The notes under the pieces: model-generated | Seen by the model: the letters and a program-made list of their open reading frames with translations, nothing else | What the model was told of the DNA's origin: nothing | Databases searched by the model: none | Virus record (IMG/VR): IMGVR_UViG_2770939519_000001 | Location: 1 to 64,000 of that record | Strand: one strand, 5' to 3' | Length of the DNA: 64,000 bases | Source: a virus | Lineage: Duplodnaviria > Caudoviricetes | Shown: positions 48,404 through 59,430 of the stretch, piece by piece | How the letters are laid out: the number at the start of each line of letters is the position of its first letter | Numbering within the stretch: the stretch's first letter is position 1 | Program-made: the position numbers and the translations under genes

Positions 48404-48799
48404 ATGGCCGCTGCGGCGAAAAGCACGCAGAAGAAGACCGTCGAATCCAAATGGGCGCGTCTGGTCCGCGAAGCGAAAAAGGACCTCAACCCGCCCAAGC
48501 CCTATGAATTCGACGCCTACGAGCCGCCGGTGCTCATCTCCCCGCCCGTCGGCATCGAACGCACCCTCATGCTGGCCCGCCTCGCCGACTCCGCGGGCAT
48601 GGTCTCCGGCGAGGACCTGCCCGACATGATCGAGGCCCTGGTCGGCGAGGACGCCTTTCCCAAGGTGTGGGCCGTGCTGCGCGACGAGCCGATCGAGGTC
48701 ACCCTGGCGCTGATCGACGACCTCAACCGCCACTTCAACGGTGGCGCCGACGCGGGCGCAGAGGAACTGCCGGGGGGCGAGTCGGCCTCGCAGTCCTGA
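48404..48799 (+). CDS. Tail assembly chaperone (gpG-like)
   Basis: Between MTP and tape measure; ends with a slippery G-GGG-GGC. Confidence 0.85.
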   Translation: MAAAAKSTQKKTVESKWARLVREAKKDLNPPKPYEFDAYEPPVLISPPVGIERTLMLARLADSAGMVSGEDLPDMIEALVGEDAFPKVWAVLRDEPIEVTLALIDDLNRHFNGGADAGAEELPGGESASQS

Positions 48800-49260
48800 T
48801 CGAACGGCACTGCGAGGCCATCGAGTGGGATCTGCACGCCTACTGGGGCGTGGACCTACTCGATTTCTTCCGCGGCAGCCTGCCGTGGACCAAACTCTGG
48901 CGGTTCCTCGCCCAGGTCCCCGACGGCTCGCGCTACCGCGCCTCCCAGGCCATGGACCTCGACCTCGCCGAACACATCCTCGAAGTCGAGGATGAAACCG
49001 GCGGCGTGGCAGCGCAATCCGCCGACGAGGGCCCGATACTGCGGTCCTCGGCGGGCTACGACCTCAACGTCCAGGTGCTGATGACCATCGCGGACCTGAT
49101 CCAGCAGCTCAACGCCACGCTGATCGCGGTCAACCTGCCGCCGGACAAGTCCCCGCCCAAGATCCATCCCCTGCCGCGGCCGGTATCCGCGGTCGAGGTC
49201 GTGCGCGCCCGACGTGAGCGCGCCGACCTCGCCACTCAACTCGAGGTTTTCGGCATCTGA
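48772..49260 (+). CDS. Tail assembly chaperone frameshift extension (gpGT-like)
   Basis: -1 frame from GGGGGGC (48772-48778): GRVGLAVLIERHCEAIEWDL...LLDFFRG. Confidence 0.8.
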   Translation, partial: GGRVGLAVLIERHCEAIEWDLHAYWGVDLLDFFRGSLPWTKLWRFLAQVPDGSRYRASQAMDLDLAEHILEVEDETGGVAAQSADEGPILRSSAGYDLNVQVLMTIADLIQQLNATLIAVNLPPDKSPPKIHPLPRPVSAVEVVRARRERADLATQLEVFGI

Positions 49261-49298
49261 ACCGTTCCGCCTGACCTTCCGACCCAAAGGTTCGACAC

Positions 49299-52200
49299 AT
49301 GTCCTATATCGCTGGCCATATCAAGATCACCGTCAGCCCGGACATGAGCGGTTTCACCGAAGCCGTCGAGCGGGAATTCCGCAAAACCAGAAGCGATTCC
49401 GCCGCCGACAACGCCCGCGACGACAAAGCCGCCGTAGAACGCGGCCGGGCGCGCGGTAAAGCCGAAGGCGTCGCGCACGGCAAGGCATTCCAGGACGCCT
49501 CCGACCAACACACCCGCCCCGGCCGCGGCCGCGGAATGAACGAGCGGCTCGCCGACTACGAAAAAGAACTGCGCGAGCGCCGCAAGATCCGCCGCAAGAT
49601 CGAAGACGACGACGAGCCCGTCCGGCAGCGCTCCCGCGCCGCCAAAAAAGACGCCGACTGGCTCGACGACGAAATCCGCAAGGAAGAGTCCGCGCGGCTG
49701 CGGCGCAATCGCACTCGCCAGGCCCGGCAGGAACGCGAGGCCGAGAACGACGCCAAACGCGCCGCCCAGCATGCCGAAAAACTCGCCCGCAACAGTGATC
49801 TCACCGCGCGCACCGCCCGCGAACGGCAACAGATCGCCGACGCACTCAACCCCGCGGGCCGAAACGCCCGAGGACGTCTGCGCGGATACACGCGGCACGT
49901 CCAGGAACAGATCCTCTCCGCGGGGCAGCTCACCCAATTCAGCAACAAACAGGCCGACGCCTGGCGCAAGGCCGCGGCCGCCCAGGACCGTGCGTCGGCC
50001 GACTACGCCAAAGCCGTGCAGGCCTCACGAAAAGCCGATCGCGATGTCGACAACGCCATCGACGACCTGGCCCAGCAGCGCGCCACCAATGCGTCGAGGC
50101 GGCAGGTCGGTCGGGCCGAGAATCGGCTCGACAATGCGCTGGACAATCAGCGGCTTGCCAATGACCGCAAGGCTGTTGCAAAGGATGCGGTCACTCGGGC
50201 TCGGGCGGAGGCCGATCGGGCGGGGAGTGAGTTCCGGTCCGCGCACGCACTGTCGTCCTACGATCAGACGCGACTCGACGCGATCGTCAGAAATGTCACC
50301 GCGCAGGCCCGCCAACGCCGCGACTTCAACTCCGGCACAGCCGATTCCGATTCCAATGTCATCGGCATCGCCAACCGCAACGCCGATCTGCTCAAACGCC
50401 GAGGCGCGAACCGCAACGATCAGAACGCCGCGCAGACCGCCATTGCCGCTGCCGCCGAACTGGACAGCGCCGAACGCAAGGTGTCCCAAGCGGAGATCGA
50501 ACGGACCCGCGCGCAGGAACGGCTCACCCGTGCCGCGGTCGCCAAACACCAGGCCGACGCGCAGTCGATCACCGACGCCACCCGCCTGGCCGCGATCAAC
50601 AACGAACTCACCAACGCCATGCGCGCCCGCGATATCGCCGAGGCGCGCGTCTCCACGACGAAGCACTACCGCGACGTCGCGGCCACCCGATACCAGGGCG
50701 CCGACAGATCGCTGCGAGATCGCGAAAACGTCAGCCCCGTACTCCGGGCAATGGAACGCGTCGGCTCCGGACTCGAAAGCCGTTGGGGCGCACTCAACGA
50801 CAAGCTGATCTACATGGGCCGCTACCTGTCCTCGGTCGGGCAGATCGCGATGTCCTCCGCGGCCGCGCTGGCTGCCTTCGGCGCGGTCAACCTGCTGCCG
50901 CTGATCTCGTCACTGGGCCAGGCCCTCGCTGCGCTGTCCTCGCTCCCCGCGGTGATCGTCGCGGCGGGAACCGGTATCGCCGCGATCGCCGTTGGCGGGC
51001 ACGGCCTGTTCTCCACACTCAAAGCCGCGGGCCAGGCCAGCAAATCAGCGACCGCCGACGCCGAGTCCGCCGCCGAGAAGCAGACCGACGCCGACCGCCG
51101 AGTTCGGGAGTCCGGCGAGAACCTTGCCACCGCGCGCCGCGACGCCGCGCGCACGGCCGCCAGTGGCGTCAGACAGATCGTCGATGCCGAGAAATCCGTC
51201 CAGAGCGCCCAGCGCACCAGCGAGGACGCGCAGAAATCACTGACTCGCGCCCGCAAGGACGCCGCGGAGAAGATCAAAGACCTCAACGACGCCCTCAAAG
51301 GCAACGCGCTGTCCGAACGCGGCGCGAAACTGTCGGCGCTGCGTGCCGAGAAGAACCTGTGGAAAGTCTCGGCGGATCCGGATTCCGACTGGCTCGACAT
51401 CGCCGAGGCCGTCCAGGCCCGCGATGAAGCGAACTACAACGTCGAACAGGTCCAGGCGGCCAATCAGAAGAAACTCGAAGCCGCCACCGAGGCCAATGCC
51501 AAAGGCGTGGAAGGCGACGACCAGGTCGTCGAGGCCAAACAGGCTCTGATCGACGCCAATTCACGCCTGGCCGAAGCGCAGGAGCGAGTCGGCGAAGTCG
51601 TACAGCAGGTCGCCGACGCCAACGACGACGCCAACCGGCGCGCCGAACGAGCGGTCGAGTCCTATAACGACGCCCTGCGCGAACAGCAGAAGGTGCTGGA
51701 CACACTCGGAAAATCCGGGGCCGCCAAGACCTTCGCCGAGGAATACCGGAAGCTCTCACCCCACGCCCGCGACCTGGTGGACCAGGTGCGATCGCTGGGA
51801 CCGGAGTGGACCAAACTGCGCACCACCGCCCAGGACGCGCTGACCCGTGGACTCGGCCAGGCATTCACCGACGTCGCCACCAAACAGCTGCCGCTGATGC
51901 GCATCGGATTCGCGGCGATCAACAACGAAATCAACGCGGGCCTCAAACAGAGCCTCGCCGTCTTCGGCAGTAATAAAGCCCAGCTGGACTATTCGGCATT
52001 CCTGGGCAACACCACCTCCGGATTCCGGAACCTGATGCAGGCCGCCGCGCCCCTCTCCCGAATCTTCATCGACCTGTCCACCGCGGGTTCCGCTGTCCTG
52101 CCGCGACTGGGCCAAGCCCTGTCCGACAGCGCATCACGCTGGGCCGACCGTATCGCTGGAGCCCGCGAAACCGGTGAACTGAATGCCGCCATCGACCGCG

Positions 52201-55200
52201 GCATCGAGAAGATGAAGCAGTTCGGTCACGTCATCGGCAATACCTTCGGCGGCCTGCGCGGCTTCTTCCAAGCCCTGCGCGGCGAAGGCGACGGACTGCT
52301 CGCCACCCTGGATCACTCCACCGCGCGATTCGAAGCCTGGACGAAATCCGCCGAGGGCGCGAGCTCGATCCAACGCGTCTTCGCGGCGATCAACGAAAAG
52401 GCCGGGCAGGTCTGGTCGATCATCAAGTCGATCGTCTCCTCGGTTGCCTCGATCGTCGCTCCGGTGGCGGACAACTTCGGATTCACCCTGACCGTCGCCG
52501 AGAAATTGGCATCGGCGATCGCCAAGATCGTCGATGCCCTCATGTCCTTCGGCCCCACGGCCAAGCTGATCGAGGGCGTACTGACCGTCTTCGCGGCCAT
52601 GTACACGCTGAGATCTCTGAGCACGGTATTCACAGGTATCAAGTCCGCCGCGATGACGGCCTACACCGGCATCGGTGTGGCGGCAATCAATGCCCGCCAG
52701 AACATGACCGGCTACTTTACGGGAATTCGTGAAGAGTCCCGCAGCACCTACCAGCTCATGCGGGGACACCAGGCAGACCACGTCGAAGATGCCAGGGGGC
52801 GCTACAGCCAGTTGCAATCGCGGGCCGGCGCAGCCTTCTCCGGTATCCAGACCGCGGCCACCAGCGCTCTCGGCGGCGTTCGCTCGATGACGAGTTCGCT
52901 GGTCAGTGCGATGGGCGGCTGGTTCAATGTCGTGGCGATCGCGGGTGTGCTGGCTTTCACGCAGATCTCCAGTGCCATATCCGGTTTCAACGACAAGGTC
53001 GCCGCGGCAAAGAAGGATATGCAGGAGGCGCAGCAGTTCGACCTGAAGTTCAAGCTCGACCTGAGCAAGGCGCTCAACAATTCGGACGGCCTGGTCGACG
53101 AGCAGGTCAAGGGGGTCATGCTCCAGAAGGTCGAGCAGTATCAGAAGACACTCGACTCCGCGATCTCGAAGAAGACCAGTTTCGCCGACCAATACGGCGA
53201 GCAGTGGAAAGACACCGACTGGTGGAATGTCGGTGAGCACCTGATCAATCTGATCGGTGGCGATATGGCCATCGGCGGTCTACTCGGTGGGACGGGTGGA
53301 GCTGCTCCGGATTCCTACAAGCTGGACCAGGCCGCCGACGCCGCCAAGGCGGTCAAGGATCGGTTGTCGGATCTGAAGATCACCAATGAAGGCCTGACCT
53401 CCGCACTGACCGGTTCGAATATCGAATGGGACAGATTCAAGGTGCGCCTGCTCGACGGCAGTGAGGGCGGCCGAATCGCGGCCGAGCAGTTGCAGAGGAC
53501 TCGCGACGAGTTCGTCGAATCGCAGAAGACCGCATCGCGGCTGCGTGACACCATCGACGAGTTGAAGTCGAAGAACCTCGAAGCCGCCGATGCGGTCGAG
53601 AAACTGACCAGTGTTCTTGCGCGCCAACGCAAGAACAATATGACCCAGGACGACGCGAAGTCCCAGGCCTTCAGCGCGCTGGACGAGCTGAACAACTTCA
53701 AGCCGGTCGAGAACGGCGGAACGGTCTTCGAAGGCGACCAGATCAACCTCCGGAGCGAGAACGGCCGACGATACCGCGCTCTGCTGCTGTCGGTCGCGGG
53801 TGGCTACGACCAGTTGGCCTCGGCGTCGTATCAGGCTTCATTGAGTGTCAACAACAATGAGGGTGCGGCGGCCGTCGCCGCTCAGAACGCTACGCAGGTG
53901 ATCACCGACTCGGTGCGGGAACGAATCGCCGCGTACGTGGGCGAGGGTCAGGCACTGGAGAACCTGATCACTCAATATCAGCTGGGTCCGAACAGCCTCC
54001 AGCAGCGCATCGATGCCGCGCGCGGCGGTAATCAGGCGGTGGCCACCGCGGTCGATCCGACCGTCCCCGCTTCGGTAGCGAACAACCCGACCCTCGCGGC
54101 GTTGTTTCCCGCTCTGGTCCCAGGTGTTCCGCAGAACACCCAGCCGGGCGGCTTGTCCTCACTGTTCCCAAGCCTGCCCGCAACTCAGCCCAATCAAGTC
54201 GCGCCACAACCCGCGCCGCAGTCGGCCGTTCAGCAGCCGAATCCCGCGCCCCAGGTGGTTCCCGTTCAGCTGAAGGTGCCCGACTACAGCGGCAGCCTGC
54301 AGGCCTACAACGATTACGTCGCCGCTGTCGAGGCGGGCTACAACCAGAAGCTGTTGCCCGCTTTCACCGGATCCATCGATAAGGCGAACGCGCTCGGCAC
54401 CGCGGTCTCGGGTGCCGCCGATACCGCCAAACCCGCGTTCGAGCTGATCACCGGTTATGTCAACGGTTTGAATATCGTGTTCGGCGACAACCTCGGTGAC
54501 CAGAACGGTGCGCTGAAAGCGTGGAAGACGCTCTACAACACCATGGGTATCGATATCACCGCGATGTCGGACACCATGTTTCCGAAGCTCGTACAGGCGC
54601 TGACCGATCTGGGGAACCAGTTCAACACAACCCAGTCGGGGATCGCGACGAGTTTCGGCGGGATCAAACGCGGCGTCGCCGAACCGATCAACTGGCTGAT
54701 TCAGAACGTCTTCAACGGCGGTCTGAAAAACGCGTGGAACGCTGTGCGGCAGGTGATTCCGTCGCTGCCGGAGTGGACGGTCACCGTCGAGCCGATCACC
54801 GGTTATTACTCCGGCGGTGTCATCCCCGGCTACACCCCGGGGCGTGACACCCAAGTCATCGCGGTCGGCGGCGGCGAGGCCATCCTGCGCCCCGAAGTCG
54901 TGCGGGCGATCGGCACCGATTGGGTGCACGGGGTAAATTCGGCGGCGCGGACCGGCGGCGTGGACAAGGTTCAGCAGCAGTTGGGCGGACGATTCGCGGG
55001 TGCCTTCGCCGACGGCGGCATCGTGGATACGATGAAATCGGCCATCCAGGAACGCTTCCCGGGAATGCAGCTGACCTCCGGCTACCGCAATGAGCCGGGC
55101 AGCTATCACTCTACCGGTCAGGCGGGGGATTTCTCCGACGGCACCGACGACACCCCCGGCATGCAGCGGCTGGCCGCGTGGATCGCGTCGAACTTCCTCG

Positions 55201-56873
55201 GCTCCACCATGGAGCTGATCCATCAGCCGTTCAATCACAACATCAAGAACCGTGCCTATGTCGGCGACGGCAATTCGGTGTACGGCCCCGCGACGATGGC
55301 CGAGCATCGCAATCACGTGCACTGGGCGCTCGCGCAGGCGCTGGGCAGTGCGGCGGGAACCACGATTCCCAATGAGGCGTGGGACGGGTTGTCGGCGGCG
55401 ATAGGGCAGGTGCAGCAGTTGCTGTGGCAGCCCATGTCGCAGTTGACGGCCTCCATGCCCGATTGGGGTAGCGCGGGGATGGCGCAGATTCCGTCGAAGA
55501 TGCTCTCGACGGTGATGTCGGCCGTCTCGGAGATGGTCGGCAAGTCCAGTGACGTAGGGCTGACGCCGTTCGATATCTCCGCGGGCGCCGCGCAGTGGCG
55601 GCCGAATGTGATTGCCGCACTGGAGCGCGAGGGCTGGGCGGCCGATGAACGCAATATCCGGCTGACGCTGGCGCAGATCCAGTCCGAATCCGCAGGCAAT
55701 CCGAATATCACCCAGCAGGTCCAGGATGTGAACTCCGGCGGCAATGAGGCCATAGGTCTGCTGCAGGTCACCCCCGGTACCTTCGCCGCCCATCGCAATC
55801 CGGCGCTGCCCAACGATCGCACCAACCCGGACGCGAATATCAGTGCGGCGCTGCGGTATTACCGCAGCCGCTACGGCAACGACCTCGGCGCGCAATGGGG
55901 TCAGGGACACGGCTACGACCAGGGCGGCTGGCTGCCGCACGGCGGTTGGGGATGGAATCTGTCGGGCAAGGCCGAGCCGGTATTCACCAACGAGCAGTGG
56001 CAGCTCATGACCGCGCAGCTGAGTGAGTTAGCCTCTGCGGTACCGGGTTTGGGCAAGATGACGGTGCCGACCGGGCCCGCGGAATTCGTCGACAATCTGC
56101 GCAAGGTCGTGGCGGCCGCGGGCAAGGCGATTGCCGATCTGGTCCAGGCGCGCGATGCCGCTACGGCGAAGCTGAACCAGAAGGGCAGTACGCCGCAAAC
56201 CTCACCGGATGCCAGCGGCGGCGGCACGCAGGCCAAGGTCGATCCGAACACCGTCGATCAGGCCAAGGACGGCCTTGCCACCGGCGAACTCAACACCGAC
56301 GCGGTGCCCACCGGCAACCGCGACGGCGACATCACCCCGACCAACCCGGACCCGGAATCGGCCGCCACCGGCCTCGCCCAGGGCTCCCCGGCCACGGGTA
56401 CCGACCAGAGCGACAATTCGGGCACCCTCGGCAACCCGACCCCGGCATCCCCGGGCGACCCCGCGGGTGCGACCCAGCCGCAGAAGAACACCCAGGACGC
56501 TGCCGACGAGGCCTACCGCACAGCGGCCATGACCACCCGCGATCCCCAGCACTACCAGCAGATCTGGGATACCGCGGGCAAGAGCTTCCTCAAATCCACC
56601 TGGAACCAGTTCACCTCCGACCTGGGCATCACCGGCAACGGCTTCCTCTCCCAGATCGTGTCCGCGGGCCAGAGCTCCGACAACCAGCTCAACCAGGTCA
56701 TCACCCATGAGCTGAACAAGAACGACACGGTCAAAGCCGTCCAGAAGGCCATCGCCGACGCGCCGCGGGTGGTCGAGGAACACATCCACTATCACGTCAC
56801 CAATATCGAAGAAGCATTGCGTAAGAACGCGATTCGGCAGCGTCAGAACGCGGCCGCGTTCATCGCGCGCTGA
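49299..56873 (+). CDS. Tape measure protein with C-terminal peptidoglycan hydrolase domains
   Basis: 2524 aa, Ala/Gln-rich coiled coil; TSGYR...YH...AGD...HRNHVHW peptidase-like segment; QSESAGNP..GLLQV..TF..NISAALRYY lytic transglycosylase. Confidence 0.95.
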   Translation: MSYIAGHIKITVSPDMSGFTEAVEREFRKTRSDSAADNARDDKAAVERGRARGKAEGVAHGKAFQDASDQHTRPGRGRGMNERLADYEKELRERRKIRRKIEDDDEPVRQRSRAAKKDADWLDDEIRKEESARLRRNRTRQARQEREAENDAKRAAQHAEKLARNSDLTARTARERQQIADALNPAGRNARGRLRGYTRHVQEQILSAGQLTQFSNKQADAWRKAAAAQDRASADYAKAVQASRKADRDVDNAIDDLAQQRATNASRRQVGRAENRLDNALDNQRLANDRKAVAKDAVTRARAEADRAGSEFRSAHALSSYDQTRLDAIVRNVTAQARQRRDFNSGTADSDSNVIGIANRNADLLKRRGANRNDQNAAQTAIAAAAELDSAERKVSQAEIERTRAQERLTRAAVAKHQADAQSITDATRLAAINNELTNAMRARDIAEARVSTTKHYRDVAATRYQGADRSLRDRENVSPVLRAMERVGSGLESRWGALNDKLIYMGRYLSSVGQIAMSSAAALAAFGAVNLLPLISSLGQALAALSSLPAVIVAAGTGIAAIAVGGHGLFSTLKAAGQASKSATADAESAAEKQTDADRRVRESGENLATARRDAARTAASGVRQIVDAEKSVQSAQRTSEDAQKSLTRARKDAAEKIKDLNDALKGNALSERGAKLSALRAEKNLWKVSADPDSDWLDIAEAVQARDEANYNVEQVQAANQKKLEAATEANAKGVEGDDQVVEAKQALIDANSRLAEAQERVGEVVQQVADANDDANRRAERAVESYNDALREQQKVLDTLGKSGAAKTFAEEYRKLSPHARDLVDQVRSLGPEWTKLRTTAQDALTRGLGQAFTDVATKQLPLMRIGFAAINNEINAGLKQSLAVFGSNKAQLDYSAFLGNTTSGFRNLMQAAAPLSRIFIDLSTAGSAVLPRLGQALSDSASRWADRIAGARETGELNAAIDRGIEKMKQFGHVIGNTFGGLRGFFQALRGEGDGLLATLDHSTARFEAWTKSAEGASSIQRVFAAINEKAGQVWSIIKSIVSSVASIVAPVADNFGFTLTVAEKLASAIAKIVDALMSFGPTAKLIEGVLTVFAAMYTLRSLSTVFTGIKSAAMTAYTGIGVAAINARQNMTGYFTGIREESRSTYQLMRGHQADHVEDARGRYSQLQSRAGAAFSGIQTAATSALGGVRSMTSSLVSAMGGWFNVVAIAGVLAFTQISSAISGFNDKVAAAKKDMQEAQQFDLKFKLDLSKALNNSDGLVDEQVKGVMLQKVEQYQKTLDSAISKKTSFADQYGEQWKDTDWWNVGEHLINLIGGDMAIGGLLGGTGGAAPDSYKLDQAADAAKAVKDRLSDLKITNEGLTSALTGSNIEWDRFKVRLLDGSEGGRIAAEQLQRTRDEFVESQKTASRLRDTIDELKSKNLEAADAVEKLTSVLARQRKNNMTQDDAKSQAFSALDELNNFKPVENGGTVFEGDQINLRSENGRRYRALLLSVAGGYDQLASASYQASLSVNNNEGAAAVAAQNATQVITDSVRERIAAYVGEGQALENLITQYQLGPNSLQQRIDAARGGNQAVATAVDPTVPASVANNPTLAALFPALVPGVPQNTQPGGLSSLFPSLPATQPNQVAPQPAPQSAVQQPNPAPQVVPVQLKVPDYSGSLQAYNDYVAAVEAGYNQKLLPAFTGSIDKANALGTAVSGAADTAKPAFELITGYVNGLNIVFGDNLGDQNGALKAWKTLYNTMGIDITAMSDTMFPKLVQALTDLGNQFNTTQSGIATSFGGIKRGVAEPINWLIQNVFNGGLKNAWNAVRQVIPSLPEWTVTVEPITGYYSGGVIPGYTPGRDTQVIAVGGGEAILRPEVVRAIGTDWVHGVNSAARTGGVDKVQQQLGGRFAGAFADGGIVDTMKSAIQERFPGMQLTSGYRNEPGSYHSTGQAGDFSDGTDDTPGMQRLAAWIASNFLGSTMELIHQPFNHNIKNRAYVGDGNSVYGPATMAEHRNHVHWALAQALGSAAGTTIPNEAWDGLSAAIGQVQQLLWQPMSQLTASMPDWGSAGMAQIPSKMLSTVMSAVSEMVGKSSDVGLTPFDISAGAAQWRPNVIAALEREGWAADERNIRLTLAQIQSESAGNPNITQQVQDVNSGGNEAIGLLQVTPGTFAAHRNPALPNDRTNPDANISAALRYYRSRYGNDLGAQWGQGHGYDQGGWLPHGGWGWNLSGKAEPVFTNEQWQLMTAQLSELASAVPGLGKMTVPTGPAEFVDNLRKVVAAAGKAIADLVQARDAATAKLNQKGSTPQTSPDASGGGTQAKVDPNTVDQAKDGLATGELNTDAVPTGNRDGDITPTNPDPESAATGLAQGSPATGTDQSDNSGTLGNPTPASPGDPAGATQPQKNTQDAADEAYRTAAMTTRDPQHYQQIWDTAGKSFLKSTWNQFTSDLGITGNGFLSQIVSAGQSSDNQLNQVITHELNKNDTVKAVQKAIADAPRVVEEHIHYHVTNIEEALRKNAIRQRQNAAAFIAR

Positions 56874-56908
56874 GCCGACCACCGACAACCGAATAGGCGA
56901 ATACTGCT

Positions 56909-57796
56909 GTGGACAACCGCACGCTCGTGGAGATCGAAGGCTGCAACGGCAGCTGGTTCACGATTTCCGGGCCCGGCATGGGCGACCAGGGCATCATCCT
57001 GGGAACCGATCTCGAAGGCATCTACGACGCGCCCGTCAAGACCATCTACACCGAGCATGCGCACCAGATCGGCGCGAGTTACGCCGGAATGCGATATCTC
57101 AAGCGCGACATCGTATTCGGAGTGTGGATCGACGGATTCAACGGTGACACCTGGCAGTTCAACGACAGCGAGTGGCGCAAGGCATGGTCCTACGACCGGG
57201 ACACCAAGATCTGGGTCACCACCCAGGAGTCGGGCCGCCGCTGTCTGAAGGCGCGACTGTCCGAACAGCCGCAGTTCAAACCGGAGAAGGATCCCAACCT
57301 CACCAAATCCGCGCGCGTGGTGATGACCATCGTCAGCGGTGACCCCTGGTGGTACGAGGAACGCGACTACACCAGCACCTGGGTATTGAGCTCGGGGACG
57401 TCGGGCTCGGGCACGGTGACCGTCGACAATCCCACCGATCAGCCGGTGTGGATGAAATGGGTGCTCCAGGGCGGCGCGCGATGGACGATCCCCGATTTCA
57501 GCTTCGGCGACAACACCTTCGGACGTGCGGTACAGGACAAGGACCGCAAGATACAGATGCCCAAACAGAAGCCGGGCCAGGAATTCCGCATCGACACCGA
57601 TCCGCACGAGGATATGCTGCGCGACCCGGCGGGCACGCAGGTGTGGTCACTGATGGGCGGCGTGACATTCAACTACCCACTTCCCGCCTACACCACGAGG
57701 ATTCAGCTGCCGGTGTCGGTGGCCGAAGCCGACGCCGGAGTCGGCGTGCAGGTGCGGTGCGCGCGCGCGTGGAGCCGACCGTGGGGGCTGGAATGA
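56909..57796 (+). CDS. Distal tail / minor tail protein
   Basis: First gene after TMP; NPTDQPVWMKW, RAWSRPWGLE end. Confidence 0.85.
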   Translation: MDNRTLVEIEGCNGSWFTISGPGMGDQGIILGTDLEGIYDAPVKTIYTEHAHQIGASYAGMRYLKRDIVFGVWIDGFNGDTWQFNDSEWRKAWSYDRDTKIWVTTQESGRRCLKARLSEQPQFKPEKDPNLTKSARVVMTIVSGDPWWYEERDYTSTWVLSSGTSGSGTVTVDNPTDQPVWMKWVLQGGARWTIPDFSFGDNTFGRAVQDKDRKIQMPKQKPGQEFRIDTDPHEDMLRDPAGTQVWSLMGGVTFNYPLPAYTTRIQLPVSVAEADAGVGVQVRCARAWSRPWGLE

Positions 57797-59430
57797 GCGT
57801 CCCCACAGTCGATTTCGACGCGGTCTATGAACGATTCCGCGCCAACGCCGCCGATGAGCGGTTCCGGCGGCTCGCACCGCCGCTGGTGCGAATCTGGGAC
57901 GGCAACTGGCAGCTGCGCGGCCGGGTCACCCGCATCGTGTCCGCGGAGATCAACGAGGTCAACAACGACACCGGCATGGCCACGATCGAACTGCCGCTGG
58001 ACTATTGGATCAGCGATTGGGTGGTCAACCTCGAGAAGCGGACGTCGAATATCCACCTGACCGTGGACAAGGACAATATTCGCTGGTCGGGTCGGATGGA
58101 TTCGTTCACCGTCCGCAAGAACGCCGACGGTTCGGGTGTGCTGGCGCTGTCGTTCAAACACGACTACGAAGAACTCAAACACATCATCTGCTATCCGAAT
58201 CCGTTCCTGCCGCCGGAGGTGCAGTTCCCGAAGTTGTGGTTCTGCTTCGGCCCGGCCAAGTGGGCGCTGAAGCTGACAGCCCACTTGAACATCATGCGGC
58301 TCAACGGCAAGTTCTGGGACCTCAGCCCCGACCCCATGGATCCCGCCTACTGGCCCTCCGACGGCCGCTCCAGCTGGTCGATGGTGGTCAAGCCCGATCC
58401 GATCGGAATCGACAATTCCCTTCCCGCGCTGGTGATCTCGCGCATGAAGTCGCTGCACGACGCCAGTAAGAAGATCGTCGCCGACGCCCAGTTGACCTGG
58501 ACCTTCCGCCGATTCCTCCCCGGCGACCCCGAACCGTGGCCCGGCGCGAACCTGCGCTACGGATGTCTGGTCATCGACCTCGAGGACCGCTCCGGATTCA
58601 CCAAGGGCACCAGCTTCTTCGGCGATCTGTTCGGCGGCCTGGTCCGCGCGTTCGTCAACCTCGGCTCCGACGGCCTGAAAGAGGGCATCGACATCATCGA
58701 CGACCCCTCGATACCGGCCGAATACCGCGACCCCGACTTCAAAGGCACACTGCCGGAAGCACCCTGGGTGATCTACCGCGACGGCCCGCACACCGGCATC
58801 CAGACCAGCGAGTTCACCGTCAAACCCGCCACCGACGTCGGCGTCATCGCGGGCGGCCACTCACCGGCGGGCGTGAACGAGCTGATCGGCGCGGCCATCC
58901 AGACCGTCGGCGACCTCATCGCGGCCGCGGTCTTCGTCCCGCCGATCGGCGGCGCGCTGGACCGGATCCTGGCCCCGCTCTACACCGATGTGCTGTTCAG
59001 CTTCGGCAAGTGGGGATTTCCCGACCGCAAGGCGAAACTCGGCTGGTCGCACTATCACGAGCATTTCCAGGAGGGCGCGGACAAGGCCTACAGCCTCGGC
59101 TGGCTGCTGGCGATGCGCGCCGGGCAGTGGGCGACCCGGGAGACGACCAGTCATGAAGTGGTGGTCGCCGATGGTGCGCCGTACCATATCGGTGGCCGGG
59201 GATTCGGACATTTCTACCTCGGCGACCGCGTCGGCTCCACCGTGCGCGGTATGGCCCCGGGCCGCGTATTCGTCGACCGCGTCACCCAGGTGTCGCTGGC
59301 ATGGAACCGCGAGCAGGCGCCCGGCTGGAAGATCACCGTCGGCCAACGCGAAGACCAGGACCCCGTGATCAAGGCATGGGAGCAACTGCGCGAAATCCTC
59401 AGCCTGATACAGGATCTCGGCGTGCTGTGA
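57793..59430 (+). CDS. Minor tail (baseplate hub, Gp37-like) protein
   Basis: RIWDGNW, RWSGR, HFYLGDRVG motifs; synteny. Confidence 0.85.
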   Translation: MSVPTVDFDAVYERFRANAADERFRRLAPPLVRIWDGNWQLRGRVTRIVSAEINEVNNDTGMATIELPLDYWISDWVVNLEKRTSNIHLTVDKDNIRWSGRMDSFTVRKNADGSGVLALSFKHDYEELKHIICYPNPFLPPEVQFPKLWFCFGPAKWALKLTAHLNIMRLNGKFWDLSPDPMDPAYWPSDGRSSWSMVVKPDPIGIDNSLPALVISRMKSLHDASKKIVADAQLTWTFRRFLPGDPEPWPGANLRYGCLVIDLEDRSGFTKGTSFFGDLFGGLVRAFVNLGSDGLKEGIDIIDDPSIPAEYRDPDFKGTLPEAPWVIYRDGPHTGIQTSEFTVKPATDVGVIAGGHSPAGVNELIGAAIQTVGDLIAAAVFVPPIGGALDRILAPLYTDVLFSFGKWGFPDRKAKLGWSHYHEHFQEGADKAYSLGWLLAMRAGQWATRETTSHEVVVADGAPYHIGGRGFGHFYLGDRVGSTVRGMAPGRVFVDRVTQVSLAWNREQAPGWKITVGQREDQDPVIKAWEQLREILSLIQDLGVL

